A stretch of 64,000 nucleotides of DNA from Anaeromyxobacter sp. (GTDB lineage: Bacteria; Myxococcota; Myxococcia; Myxococcales; Anaeromyxobacteraceae). Made by a program: the position numbers and the translations under genes. Shown here piece after piece: positions 51,436-60,578 of the stretch. The DNA lies in assembly GCA_049840735.1 (NCBI GenBank), contig JASGJN010000022.1, positions 64,001 to 128,000 on the forward strand, in the 5' to 3' direction. The notes below the pieces were generated by a model that saw only the letters and a program-made list of their open reading frames with translations, ran no database searches and was not told the DNA's origin. The stretch's first letter is position 1. Each line of letters begins with the position of its first letter.

Positions 51436-53442
51436 GTGAACGACGCCCCTCCGAAGCCCCCCGGCCGTCCGCGGCCGGCCACGCCCTCGGCGCCGCCACG
51501 GCTCGAGCGCGTGGGGCCGGCGGGGGGGCCGTCGCAGCCTCCGCCCGCTGCGCCGGCGGCGCCTGCCGCCGGGCAGCCGGGCCCGATCCTCACCCCACCT
51601 CCCGCGGCGCCCCGGGCGCCGGCGGCCCCGCCGCCGCCTCGCCCGGGCGCGTCCTACGGCATGGCCGCGCGCGAGGTGGGGGCCGAGGCCGCCATCGCCG
51701 CCGGCCTCCCGCTGGTGGGCGCGCTGGATCAGGCCTCGACGCTGCGCCTGCTGGGGCTGGCCGCCGCGGCCGGCGCCAGCGGCCGCCTCTCGCTCTCCGC
51801 GGAGGGGCGCACCTACGCGCTCACCTTCCGCCGCGGCGCGGTCGAGCACGTGGTCAGCAGCGAGCCCGCCGACGACCTCGGCCGCTGGCTCCTCCGCAAG
51901 GGCGTGCTCACGCCCGAGTCGCTGGTGCAGGTGGAGGCCGTCCGCGCCTCCGCCGGCGGCGACATGGGCACGGCCCTCATCACCTCCGGCCGCGTGAACC
52001 CGGCCGACGTGGCCGGCCTGCTGGCCGAGCACGGGGCGGCGCTGGTGCTCCGGGCGCTGGCCCTGGAGGCGGGCGCCTTCTCCTGGGAGCCCAACGTCCC
52101 GCCGCCGCCCTCCTCGTTCCCGCTGGGCGCCCCCTTCGCCGCGCTGGTGGCGGCGGTCCGCTCGCTGGACCTGGCCGCGCTGCAGCGGCGGCTGGGCGAT
52201 CGCGAGCGGCGGGTGGCCTCGCGCATGGCCGGGCGCGTCCGGCCCGAGGACCTGCGGCTCGCGCCGCAGGAGGCGCGCGCCGCGGCCCAGTTCGACGGCC
52301 TCCGCAGCCCGGCCGAGATCGCCGCCGCCGCGCCCGCCGAGGCCGCCACGGTGCTGCGCCTGGCGCTGCTGCTGGGCGAGGTGGACCTGCTCGCCTTCGG
52401 CCCCGAGCACGCGCCCCGGCCCGCGGCCCCGGCGGCCGCGCCCGCCCCGGTCGTCACGCCGCCGCCGGTGGCTCCGGCCGCACCCGCCGCGTCCGCCGCG
52501 CCTGCTGCCGCGCCCGCGCCGCCGCCGGTCGCGGCCCGGCCTGAGGTCCCCACGCCGCCCCCGGTCGCGGCCCGGCCTGCGGTCCCCACGCCGCCGCCCG
52601 CGCCCAGGCCTGCGGTGACCACGCCGCCGCCCGCGCCCCGGCCGCCGGCCACCACCCCGCCGCCCGCGCCGCGGCCGCCGCCCGCGCAGGCGGCCCCGCG
52701 CCCGCCCCCCGCCGCCCCGAGGCCCCCGCCGGCCGCGCCGCCGCCCGCGGCCGCCGCCGTCACCACGCTCGACCCGGCCGCGCTCCGCGCGCTGCTCGAG
52801 AAGGTGCGCGCCGCCGATCACTTCGACGTGCTGGGCGTGAAGCGCGACGCGCAGGTCGCGGCCATCAAGATCGCCTACTTCAAGCTGGCCAAGACCTACC
52901 ACCCGGACACCGTGCCGGCCGGCGCGCCGCCCGAGGTGAAGAAGCTCTGCGCCGACATCTTCGCGCGCGTGGGCGAGGCCTGGGGCGTGCTGGGCGACGA
53001 CGCGCAGCGGGCCGCCTACGTCCAGGAGCTGCAGGCCGGCGGCAAGCCGGACGTGGACGTGATGGCCATCCTGCAGGCCGAGAACATCTTCGGCGCCGGG
53101 ACGCTGCTGGTGAAGTCGCGCCGGTACGACGAGGCGCGCGCCAAGTTCGAGGAGGCGCTGAAGCTCAACCCGGACGAGGCCGAGTTCGCCATGTGGAAGG
53201 CCTGGTGCGACTTCCTGCTCGCGCCGGCGGGCGACCGGAAGGGCGTGCACCGGACCTGCGCCGCCGTGATCGAGGCCGGGCTCAAGAAGAACCCCCGCTG
53301 CGCGCCCGGCTACCTCTTCCTCGGGCAGATGGCCAAGCTGGAGAACGACCCGGCGGCGGCCGAGAAGCACTACAAGCGCGGGCTCCAGGTGGTCCCGGAC
53401 GACCCGGAGCTGACCCGGGAGCTCAAGTACCTGAAGCGCTGA
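51436..53442 (+). CDS. DUF4388 + Pro-rich linker + DnaJ + TPR protein
   Basis: [19 protein letters not shown]-domain followed by C-terminal TPR-like helices. Confidence 0.85.
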   Translation: MNDAPPKPPGRPRPATPSAPPRLERVGPAGGPSQPPPAAPAAPAAGQPGPILTPPPAAPRAPAAPPPPRPGASYGMAAREVGAEAAIAAGLPLVGALDQASTLRLLGLAAAAGASGRLSLSAEGRTYALTFRRGAVEHVVSSEPADDLGRWLLRKGVLTPESLVQVEAVRASAGGDMGTALITSGRVNPADVAGLLAEHGAALVLRALALEAGAFSWEPNVPPPPSSFPLGAPFAALVAAVRSLDLAALQRRLGDRERRVASRMAGRVRPEDLRLAPQEARAAAQFDGLRSPAEIAAAAPAEAATVLRLALLLGEVDLLAFGPEHAPRPAAPAAAPAPVVTPPPVAPAAPAASAAPAAAPAPPPVAARPEVPTPPPVAARPAVPTPPPAPRPAVTTPPPAPRPPATTPPPAPRPPPAQAAPRPPPAAPRPPPAAPPPAAAAVTTLDPAALRALLEKVRAADHFDVLGVKRDAQVAAIKIAYFKLAKTYHPDTVPAGAPPEVKKLCADIFARVGEAWGVLGDDAQRAAYVQELQAGGKPDVDVMAILQAENIFGAGTLLVKSRRYDEARAKFEEALKLNPDEAEFAMWKAWCDFLLAPAGDRKGVHRTCAAVIEAGLKKNPRCAPGYLFLGQMAKLENDPAAAEKHYKRGLQVVPDDPELTRELKYLKR

Positions 53443-53488
53443 CGGCGCCGCAGGGCGGGGGCCTCGGCGCCCGTGGTATAAGCCCCCC

Positions 53489-54040
53489 GTGCCCGCCCCC
53501 ACCAACCCGCGCAAGAAGTCGCTCATGCCGTCCTCCCCGCTCCGCCGCCAGCTGCGCGCGGCCGGGCACCACCTCGCGCCCATCGTCCAGGTCGGCAAGG
53601 AGGGGGTGACCGAGGCGGTGGTCCGGCAGCTCTCCGAGGCGCTGCTGGCGCACGAGCTGGTCAAGGTGAAGGTCGGGACCGAGAGCCCGGAGGACCGCTT
53701 CGAGGCGGCCGAGCGGCTGGGCACCGAGGCCGAGGCGCAGGTGGCGCAGATCCTCGGGCGCACGATGCTGCTCTACAAGCGTCACCCGGAGAAGCCCCGC
53801 TACGAGCCGCGGACGGCGCTGCCCGGCGACGAGGACGCCCCGCGCGCTGGTCGCTCCACGCGCCCCACCCGCCGCCCCGCCCCGCGCGGCCGCGCCGGCG
53901 GGGCCCGCGGTGGGCGCGGTGGCGGAGCGCGCGGTGGCAGCGCCGGCGGAGCGCGCGCCGGGAGCGGTGGCCGCGGCGGGAGCGGTGGCCGTGGCAAGCC
54001 CGCCGCCCGGACCGGCGCGGGGCGCAGGCCGGCGCGTTAG
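53489..54040 (+). CDS. yhbY: YhbY/CRM RNA-binding protein with RGG-rich tail
   Basis: LRAAGHHLAPIVQVGKEG, HELVKVKV and QILGRTMLLY motifs. Confidence 0.9.
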   Translation: MPAPTNPRKKSLMPSSPLRRQLRAAGHHLAPIVQVGKEGVTEAVVRQLSEALLAHELVKVKVGTESPEDRFEAAERLGTEAEAQVAQILGRTMLLYKRHPEKPRYEPRTALPGDEDAPRAGRSTRPTRRPAPRGRAGGARGGRGGGARGGSAGGARAGSGGRGGSGGRGKPAARTGAGRRPAR

Positions 54041-54070
54041 AAGCCGAGCTTGCAGGGCGGACCAGCAGCG

Positions 54071-54428
54071 CCCTTCGACTCCGCTCGCCCTGAGCCTGCC
54101 GAAGGGCTCAGGGCGAACGGTCGTTCCGGACCGTTCGGGCTGAGCGAAATGAGCCGAACGGTCGTTCCGGAGCGGTTCGGGATGAGCGAAACGAGCCGAA
54201 CGGTCGTTCCGGACCGTTCGGGCTGAGCGAAACGAGCCGAACGGTCGTTCCGGACCGGTTCGGGATGAGCGAAACGAGCCGAACGGTCGTTCCGGAGCGT
54301 TCGGGCTGAGCGAAACGAGCCGAACGGTCGTTCCGGAGCGTTCGGGCTGAGCGAAACGAGCCGAACGGTCGTTCCGGACCGTTCGGGCTGAGCGTAGCGA
54401 GCCCGCAGGGCGAGCGAAGTCGAAGCCC
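54071..54428. repeat. Inverted REP doublet enclosing 7 tandem 41-42 bp hairpin units
   Basis: CGAACGGTCGTTCCGG starts at 54114, 54155, 54197, 54238, 54280, 54321 and 54362. Confidence 0.95.
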
Positions 54429-54469
54429 AGGAGGTTTCCGGAGGTGGGCCCGAGGCCGCCCGGATCCGC

Positions 54470-54800
54470 TCAGTGCACCTGGCCGTCGCGGCCCGGCTCG
54501 TCGCCGCTGGGCAGGCCGCGGGCGTCGCCGTGGAACCGGCGGCGCATGTCCTCGATGTCCTCCTCGTCCGCCACACCCTTCTCGACGAGGAGCGTCTCCG
54601 ACATCTCGGCCTGCGTCACGGCGTGCGCCACGTCCGCCTCGGCGGCGTCCACGCGCGCGCCCAGCTCGCGGACGCGTTCGTGCAGCGAGGCCAGCTCGAG
54701 GGTGAGGGCCTGCTCGCGCCGGTGGAGCCGGGCGGCGAGGGCCAGGAGCACGAGGGCCAGCAGGGAGAGGGCGGAGAGCGCGACGACCATCGAGCGGCAT
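54470..54800 (-). CDS. Small membrane-anchored coiled-coil hypothetical protein
   Basis: ORF 54470..54790; an upstream ATG at 54800 is one base out of frame. Confidence 0.65.
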
Positions 54801-54901
54801 GCTATCCGCCCCCGCCGGGGCCGACAAGCTGCCCGGAGGCGCTAGGGCGCGCGAGCTTGTGAGACTTGTCGGTGCTGCGGCGACCTGTATGCTCAGGTGT
54901 C

Positions 54902-55489
54902 GTGCGCCGGCCCAACGTCACGCTCGCGGTCAAGCGGCTGATCCGCGACGTGGTCCGTCGCGTGCCGGAGCTGGCGTACGTGAAGCCGTCGCGCATCCTG
55001 GTGGTGGCGGGCGAGGCGCGCCGCAACTCGCGGGCCACCATCAGGCCGGTGCCGCGCGGGCACCGCCGCGGCGGACGGGCGCAGCCGCTGGTGCGCGTGA
55101 AGGGGCGGGAGATCCTCTACGTCATCACGCTCCGTCCGCTCTGGTTCCTGGCCTCGACGCCCGAGCAGCGGATCGCCACCATCCTCCACGAGCTCTACCA
55201 CGCGTCCACCCGCTTCGACGGCACGCTCCACCGCGGCCGGCGCCACTCGCGGCTGCCGCTCTCCGCCTACAACCAGAAGATCCGCCGCCTGCTGCGGCGC
55301 TACCTGGCGGTGGCGCCGGAGGGCGTGCTGGCGCCGTTCGCCCGCGACGGCGAGGTGCGCGCCCGCATGTGGCTGGAGCGCCCCGGCCCGGCGCGGGAGG
55401 ACGACGGCGCGGCCCGGCGCGTCTACACCGAGCGCGAGCTGTTCTACGGGCTGGCGCGGCTCAGGACCTTCCGGCGGCGCCTGAACTGA
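54902..55489 (+). CDS. Putative zinc metallopeptidase
   Basis: TILHELYH (HExxH) with a downstream His. Confidence 0.7.
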   Translation: MRRPNVTLAVKRLIRDVVRRVPELAYVKPSRILVVAGEARRNSRATIRPVPRGHRRGGRAQPLVRVKGREILYVITLRPLWFLASTPEQRIATILHELYHASTRFDGTLHRGRRHSRLPLSAYNQKIRRLLRRYLAVAPEGVLAPFARDGEVRARMWLERPGPAREDDGAARRVYTERELFYGLARLRTFRRRLN

Positions 55490-55494
55490 GGCTG

Positions 55495-55701
55495 GCCTTC
55501 GACTCCGGGCCTGCTGCGCAGGCCCTACGCTCAGGCCGAACGGCGAGGCCCTGACGGCGAGGCCCTGACGGCGGGGCCCTGACGGCGAGGCCCTGACGGC
55601 GAGGCCCTGACGGCGAGGCGCCGCTCTACCTCTGGCCCGGACTCACGCCCACCGTTCGGGCTGAGCGTAGCGAGCCCGCAGGGCTCGCGGAGTCGAAGCC
55701 C
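55495..55701. repeat. Inverted REP doublet enclosing a 14 bp tandem repeat (ACGGCGAGGCCCTG x5 plus a partial copy)
   Basis: Units start at 55540, 55554, 55568, 55582, 55596 and 55610. Confidence 0.92.
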
Positions 55702-55744
55702 AGGCCCGGAGCGCTGGTTCGCGAGCGAAAGCCACAGCCAGCCC

Positions 55745-56332
55745 TCACCCCGCCGCCGGCTCGTGGCGCTCTTCCCCGCCCTCGGGGCGCAGCGGCGCGT
55801 GCAGGCTCTCGCCGTGCGCGTCCATGGTGACGGTGGCCGGGAAGTCCTCCACCTCCACCAGCCAGAGCGCCTCGGTCAGCCCCAGCGCGTCCAGCCCGTG
55901 CACGTCCACCACCCGCGTCACGTGGCGCGCCAGCGTCACCGCCAGCTGCGGGCCGGCGTGCAGGTAGACCGCCCCGTGGCGGCGCAGCGCCTCCAGCGTC
56001 TCGGGCCCCATGCCGCCCTTGCCCAGCAGCCCGCGCACGCCGCAGCGGGCCAGCACCTCGGGCGCGAGCGCCTCCACCCGCGAGGAGCGCGACGGGCCGG
56101 CGGCCACGAAGCGCCAGGCGCCGGTCGCCGGATCGCGCGCCACCACCGGGCCGCAGTGGTAGAGCAGCGCGCCCTCGGTCCAGCCCCGCGGCGGCGCCTG
56201 GTCCGGCCTCACCAGCAGCCGGTGGCCGGCCTCGCGCGCGGTGAGCAGGCGGCCGGAGATGCGCACCTCGTCGCCGGCGCGCAGCGCGCGGAGGGCGGCC
56301 TCGGAGGCCGGGAAGGTGAGCGGGGTGGCCAC
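55745..56332 (-). CDS. Class I fumarate/tartrate hydratase beta (C-terminal) subunit
   Basis: LRAGDEVRISG, YHCGP, GKGGMG and VEDFPATVTMDAHG motifs. Confidence 0.85.
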   Translation of the reverse strand: MATPLTFPASEAALRALRAGDEVRISGRLLTAREAGHRLLVRPDQAPPRGWTEGALLYHCGPVVARDPATGAWRFVAAGPSRSSRVEALAPEVLARCGVRGLLGKGGMGPETLEALRRHGAVYLHAGPQLAVTLARHVTRVVDVHGLDALGLTEALWLVEVEDFPATVTMDAHGESLHAPLRPEGGEERHEPAAG

Positions 56333-56453
56333 GGATTCGACCCATAACCGGCCCGGGCGCCCTTGTCGCTTGCGCCTGCCGGGGCGGAGGGTCTATCTCC
56401 GCGGGACGTCCACGAGCCTCCCCCGGAGGTCTCACGCGCTGGAGGTCTCCCCC

Positions 56454-57386
56454 TTGAAGCAGCAGGTCCGGCTGTCCCTCACCGTCAGCGGCCGGCTCGA
56501 CCGCGCCCTGGCCGACGCGCTCGGCCTCGGGCGCGCCGCCGTGAAGCGCGCCTTCGCGCTGGGCGAGGTCCGCGTGCGCGGCAAGCGGGCCCGGGCCTCG
56601 GATCCGGCGCCGCCGGGCGCCCTGGTGGAGCTGGACGTGGAGGGGCCGGCCGGGCCGCCGGAGCCGGACGAGGAGGCCCCGCTGACCGTGCTGGTCGAGC
56701 ACCCGCGGCTGGTGGTGGTGGACAAGCCCGCCGGCGTGGCGGTCCACCCGCTGGCGCCGGGGGAGGGGGGCACGCTGGCCAACGCGGTGGCCGCCCGCTA
56801 CCCGGAGTGCGCCGAGGCCTCGCCGGATCCGCGCGAGGGCGGCGCGGTGCAGCGGCTGGACCTCGAGACCAGCGGCTGCGTGGCCTTCGCGCGCGATCCG
56901 GAGGCCTGGGCCGAGCTGCACGAGCGGCTGAAGGCGCGCGAGGTGGAGAAGCGCTACCTGGCGCTGGCGGTGGGCCGGGTGGCCTCGGGCGGCGTCTGCT
57001 CGGTGCCGCTGGCGCAGCGGGGCGGGCGGGTGGTGGCGGCGCCGGACCTCGAGGCGGAGGAGCGGCTGGCGGCGCGCGGGCTCAGGGCCCGGCCGGCGGA
57101 GACGCGCTACGAGGTGGCGCGCCGGTTCCGCGGCTTCACGCTGCTGGAGCTGCAGCTCATCACCGGCGTCATGCACCAGATCCGCGCCCACCTCGCGCTC
57201 CTGGGCCACCCGGTGGCCGGCGACGCGCTCTACGGCGGCGCCGCGGCCGCGGTGCCCGGCCTGGAGCGCCACTTCCTGCACGCCGCCACGCTCTCGCTGG
57301 AGGCGCCCGGCGGCGGGCGGGTCGCGGCCCAGAGCCCGCTGCCGCCGGAGCTGGCGCGGCTCCTGGACCGGCTGACGGAGGAGTGA
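56454..57386 (+). CDS. RluA-family pseudouridine synthase
   Basis: S4-like RLDRAL; VDKPAG, QRLDLETSG and TGVMHQIRAHL..GHPVAGD motifs. Confidence 0.9.
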   Translation: MKQQVRLSLTVSGRLDRALADALGLGRAAVKRAFALGEVRVRGKRARASDPAPPGALVELDVEGPAGPPEPDEEAPLTVLVEHPRLVVVDKPAGVAVHPLAPGEGGTLANAVAARYPECAEASPDPREGGAVQRLDLETSGCVAFARDPEAWAELHERLKAREVEKRYLALAVGRVASGGVCSVPLAQRGGRVVAAPDLEAEERLAARGLRARPAETRYEVARRFRGFTLLELQLITGVMHQIRAHLALLGHPVAGDALYGGAAAAVPGLERHFLHAATLSLEAPGGGRVAAQSPLPPELARLLDRLTEE

Positions 57387-57402
57387 GGGGCGCTCGGGGC
57401 CT

Positions 57403-57452
57403 GGGCTTCGACTCCGCGAGCCCTGCGGGCTCGCTACGCTCAGCCCGAACGG
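57403..57452 (-). repeat. REP-like element
   Basis: Exact reverse complement of 2902..2951. Confidence 0.9.
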
Positions 57453-57488
57453 AGCCGGGAACATTCGCCCGAGCCTGTGAGAGGCCGC

Positions 57489-57520
57489 AAAAGAAAGAGG
57501 GCCGGCTCGCGCCGGCCCTC
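57489..57520 (-). terminator. Intrinsic terminator of the tonB-exbB-exbD-exbD operon
   Basis: GAGGGCCGGC-4nt-GCCGGCCCTC followed on the minus strand by TTTCTTTT. Confidence 0.75.
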
Positions 57521-57547
57521 CGTGATCCCTTCGCTCCGCTCCGCCCG

Positions 57548-58027
57548 CTACGGCGTGGGGGCCGGCTCGGCCGGCGTGCCCTCGGCCGGCGCCGCCTCGG
57601 CCTGGGCCGTGATGGGCGGGTCGGTCATCATGCCGATGGTGTTGACGCCGGCGCCGTGGGCCGCGTCCAGCACCTTGAACGCCAGCTCGTAGTCGACGTC
57701 GTCCTCGGCGTTGAAGAAGAGCGGCTTGGACGGGCGGCCGTCGTAGGCCGTCTCCAGGCGCTGCATCGCCTCGCCCACGTCCATCTCCTGCTTGTTGAGC
57801 AGGACGTGGCCGTTCTTGAGGACCGTGAGGACGGTCTGGTCCGGCGGCACCGAGTCCGGCGGCACCGGCTGCGCATCCGGCTGGTACTCGGGCACGCGGA
57901 GGAACTTCTGCTTCTCCGCGAGCGGCGTGAGCACCATGAAGATGATCAGCAGCACGAGCACCACGTCGATGAGCGGCGTGACGTTGATGTCCGTGACGGG
58001 CCTCTTCGTGCCCAGCCCCATCGCCAT
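57548..58027 (-). CDS. exbD: ExbD/TolR family protein
   Basis: DINVTPLIDVVLVLLIIFMV motif. Confidence 0.92.
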   Translation of the reverse strand: MAMGLGTKRPVTDINVTPLIDVVLVLLIIFMVLTPLAEKQKFLRVPEYQPDAQPVPPDSVPPDQTVLTVLKNGHVLLNKQEMDVGEAMQRLETAYDGRPSKPLFFNAEDDVDYELAFKVLDAAHGAGVNTIGMMTDPPITAQAEAAPAEGTPAEPAPTP

Positions 58028-58031
58028 GGCG

Positions 58032-58480
58032 TTATTCCTTCTTGTCCGGGCTCGCGGAGCCGGTGGACGCGTCCTTGATCTGCGAACCGGCCAGGCTCAC
58101 GCCCATCAGGTGGGTCTTCGAGAATCTCGAAGATGAGCCCGCGGATGTCCTTGTACTTCACCTCGCGGTCGCCCTTCACCAGCACGGGCGAGCCGGGGTG
58201 CATGGCCATCTCGGCCTGCAGCAGCACCGCCAGCTCGTCCTTCGCGACCTCGGACTTGTCGATCCGAGATCTTCCCGTCCTTGGTCATGGAGACCATGAC
58301 GGGATCACCGCCGCTCTTGAGCGCGGAGACGTGCTTCGCGTCCGGGAGCTGGACCGGCTTGCCGCGCTGGAGCATCGGGGTGATCACCATGAAGATGATG
58401 AGGAGCACCAGCACGACGTCCACGAGGGGCGTCACGTTGATGTCGCTCTTCACGTTCTTCGAGCCGACGTCCATGGACAT
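58032..58480 (-). CDS. exbD: ExbD/TolR family protein, apparent frameshifts at ~58266 and ~58124
   Basis: DINVTPLVDVVLVLLIIFMVITP, with VLVKGDREVKY in the second frame. Two single-base removals give a full ORF ending at TAA 58032. Confidence 0.85.
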
Positions 58481-58530
58481 CGCGGAATCTCCTCAGATGG
58501 AGTGGGGGAGCGCAGCGACCTCGGCTGCGC

Positions 58531-59280
58531 CTACTTCTCCCGCCCTTCCTTCATGAAGAAGTCCATCAGCTCGGTGGCCGAGTCGGTGATGTCCACCTGC
58601 ATGTCCTCGACGCGGTTGGTGAGGAAGTTGAACATCATCACGGCGGGGATGGCCACCAGCAGGCCGAACGCCGTGTTGATGAGCGCCTCGGCGATGGCGC
58701 CGGAGACGGTGCCGAGACCGCCGGAGCCGGAGGCCGCCATGCTCTGGAAGGCCTTGATGATGCCCCACACCGTGCCGAGGAGGCCGACGAACGGGGCGGT
58801 GGAGCCGATGGTGGCGAGCGCGCCCAGGCCGCGGCGCAGGTCGTTCACGGTGCGGAGCGAGGAGCGCTCCACGGCGCGGTTCACGGCGGCGATGATGTCG
58901 AAGTCGCCCACGTCCTGCGGGCCCTTGCTCCGCAGCGCCTCGATGCCGCGGCTGTACTCCTCGATCGCCAGGCCGAGCACCTTGGGCAGGTGGCCGCGCT
59001 TCAGCTTCTTGGAGAGGCTGACGGCGTCGCCGAACTTCCCGCTGGGCAGGATGGTCCGGAGCGCCTCGGCGTACTGCCGGGAGGCGGAGTTGGCGCGGGC
59101 GTAGGTCACGAGCCGCTCGGCCATCACGCCCAGCGAGTAGATGCTCATGATGATCAGGATGCCGGCGATGACGATGCCGAAACCCTCGATCTTCTTGATC
59201 ATGTTGACGATTTCGAAGCTCCCGGCGTCGACGCCCGCGGACTGCGCGAGCACGAGGGAGGTCAGGGACTGGAGCGACAT
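58531..59280 (-). CDS. exbB: MotA/TolQ/ExbB proton channel
   Basis: LATIGSTAPFVGLLGTVWGI and IAEALINTAFGL motifs. Confidence 0.93.
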   Translation of the reverse strand: MSLQSLTSLVLAQSAGVDAGSFEIVNMIKKIEGFGIVIAGILIIMSIYSLGVMAERLVTYARANSASRQYAEALRTILPSGKFGDAVSLSKKLKRGHLPKVLGLAIEEYSRGIEALRSKGPQDVGDFDIIAAVNRAVERSSLRTVNDLRRGLGALATIGSTAPFVGLLGTVWGIIKAFQSMAASGSGGLGTVSGAIAEALINTAFGLLVAIPAVMMFNFLTNRVEDMQVDITDSATELMDFFMKEGREK

Positions 59281-59342
59281 CGCGTTCTCCTTGGAGGAGT
59301 GAGGCAGTTTTGAAGACGCGTGCTGGCCGGGCTAGCGCGCGT

Positions 59343-60089
59343 TTACTGGGCGAAGCGGATGGGGAGGATGACCCAGATCGACGTGGGGCGGCCCTGCGGG
59401 TCGGCGCCGGGGACCCACTTGCAGCTCTGCACCGCGGTCCAGATGGCGTCACCGATCCGCTTGTCCGGCACGTTGGACATGACCTGGAACTGGCTCGGCG
59501 TGCCGTCGCGGCCGATGGCGAACCGCACCGTGACGGAGGAGACGAAGCCCTGCAGCTCGCGGGGGACGCGCACGGCCTCCTGCACGCAGAACTTCTTGGC
59601 CATCTCCGGCTTGCGGTAGCCGGTGGTGGCGTAGGCGGGCGCGTCCTCGACCTCGTTCTGCGCCGGGGCGCCGCCCACGACGCCGCCGATCACGCCCTCG
59701 CCCGACGCGGCGCTGTCGTCGCCGTAGTCGTAGTCGGGCTCCTTCGGCGAGGTGTCCTCCTTCATCTCCTGCTGGACCTCCTGGGGCTGGATCAGCGCCT
59801 GGGGAGGAGGAGGCTTGGGAGCGTCGGTCTTGGGCTTGTCCGTCGGCGGCGGCTTGTTCTTGGGCCGGGGCGGCGGCGCGGCGGGAGGCGGCGGAGGAGG
59901 CGGCGGCGCCGCCTGCTTCACGAACTTCACCTCGACCGGCGCCTGCTCGACGATCGCCCTGCTGACCTTGGCCGAGGCCCAGAGCACCAGGACCACGAGG
60001 CCGAACTGGAAGGCCGTGGAGCCGAAGACGAACCCGGCCCGCCTGGCGGCGTTCTTGCCGCCCTCTTTCTTGGTGACCTCGTCGAACAT
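59343..60089 (-). CDS. tonB: TonB energy transducer
   Basis: N-terminal TM, Pro-rich linker, GVIGGVVGG and a TonB C-terminal domain. Confidence 0.88.
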   Translation of the reverse strand: MFDEVTKKEGGKNAARRAGFVFGSTAFQFGLVVLVLWASAKVSRAIVEQAPVEVKFVKQAAPPPPPPPPAAPPPRPKNKPPPTDKPKTDAPKPPPPQALIQPQEVQQEMKEDTSPKEPDYDYGDDSAASGEGVIGGVVGGAPAQNEVEDAPAYATTGYRKPEMAKKFCVQEAVRVPRELQGFVSSVTVRFAIGRDGTPSQFQVMSNVPDKRIGDAIWTAVQSCKWVPGADPQGRPTSIWVILPIRFAQ

Positions 60090-60140
60090 TTGTCTCGCTC
60101 GATTGACGGCGAAATCAGCCGGGGTGCAGAGGAGGCCCGC

Positions 60141-60169
60141 TTCGTAGTCGCCCCCCCGGAACTTGTCAA
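60141..60169 (-). promoter_or_regulatory. Candidate sigma70-type promoter for tonB (TTGACA-17-TACGAA)
   Basis: Perfect -35, weak -10. Confidence 0.4.
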
Positions 60170-60448
60170 TACTCGGCCTCTGCGCCCGCGGCGGGCCTCA
60201 CCGGCACAGTGGGATCCGGGGGGAATCGCCTCGTTGACGATGGGTACGCCCCACGGCGGAACCCGATCCGATCGGCCCCTCCTGGGCTGCGTGCCAGCCG
60301 ATCAGGCACCGAGGCAGGAGCTGGCCCCTTAGGGTGAGACAACCTAAGGCGGCGATTCGGTTTCGGAATCGGGAAAAGGGGTGGGTTCGGGTGCTCGAAA
60401 CCCAAGCAGGGCACCCCGGGCGAAGCGGTCATAACAGCCCAACCCGCC

Positions 60449-60477
60449 TTGACATTCCACCAAATGCGGTGGAGAAC
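60449..60477 (+). promoter_or_regulatory. Candidate sigma70-type promoter for the receptor (TTGACA-17-GAGAAC)
   Basis: Perfect -35, weak -10; an inverted repeat TCCACC..GGTGGA overlaps the spacer. Confidence 0.4.
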
Positions 60478-60578
60478 GGACGCCTACTGACCCGTCGGAC
60501 AACCAGACGCGCGGCAAAATTGCGCACGCCCGGGGGTCCGTCTGGCTGCGGCTGAGTGCTCTCTCCCTGGAGGAAGTC

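Noticed and set aside
52440..52750. Internal DNA repeats in the DnaJ-domain gene
   Set aside because: In-frame Pro/Ala linker repeats, which are routine in myxobacterial proteins.
54114..54400. CRISPR array with palindromic repeats
   Set aside because: The inter-hairpin segments are near-identical, and the unit derives from REP ends.
1118..58270. Mass pseudogenisation or programmed frameshifting
   Set aside because: The breaks are isolated single-base indels in conserved genes, lack slippery sites, and track specific motifs, so sequencing error is more parsimonious.
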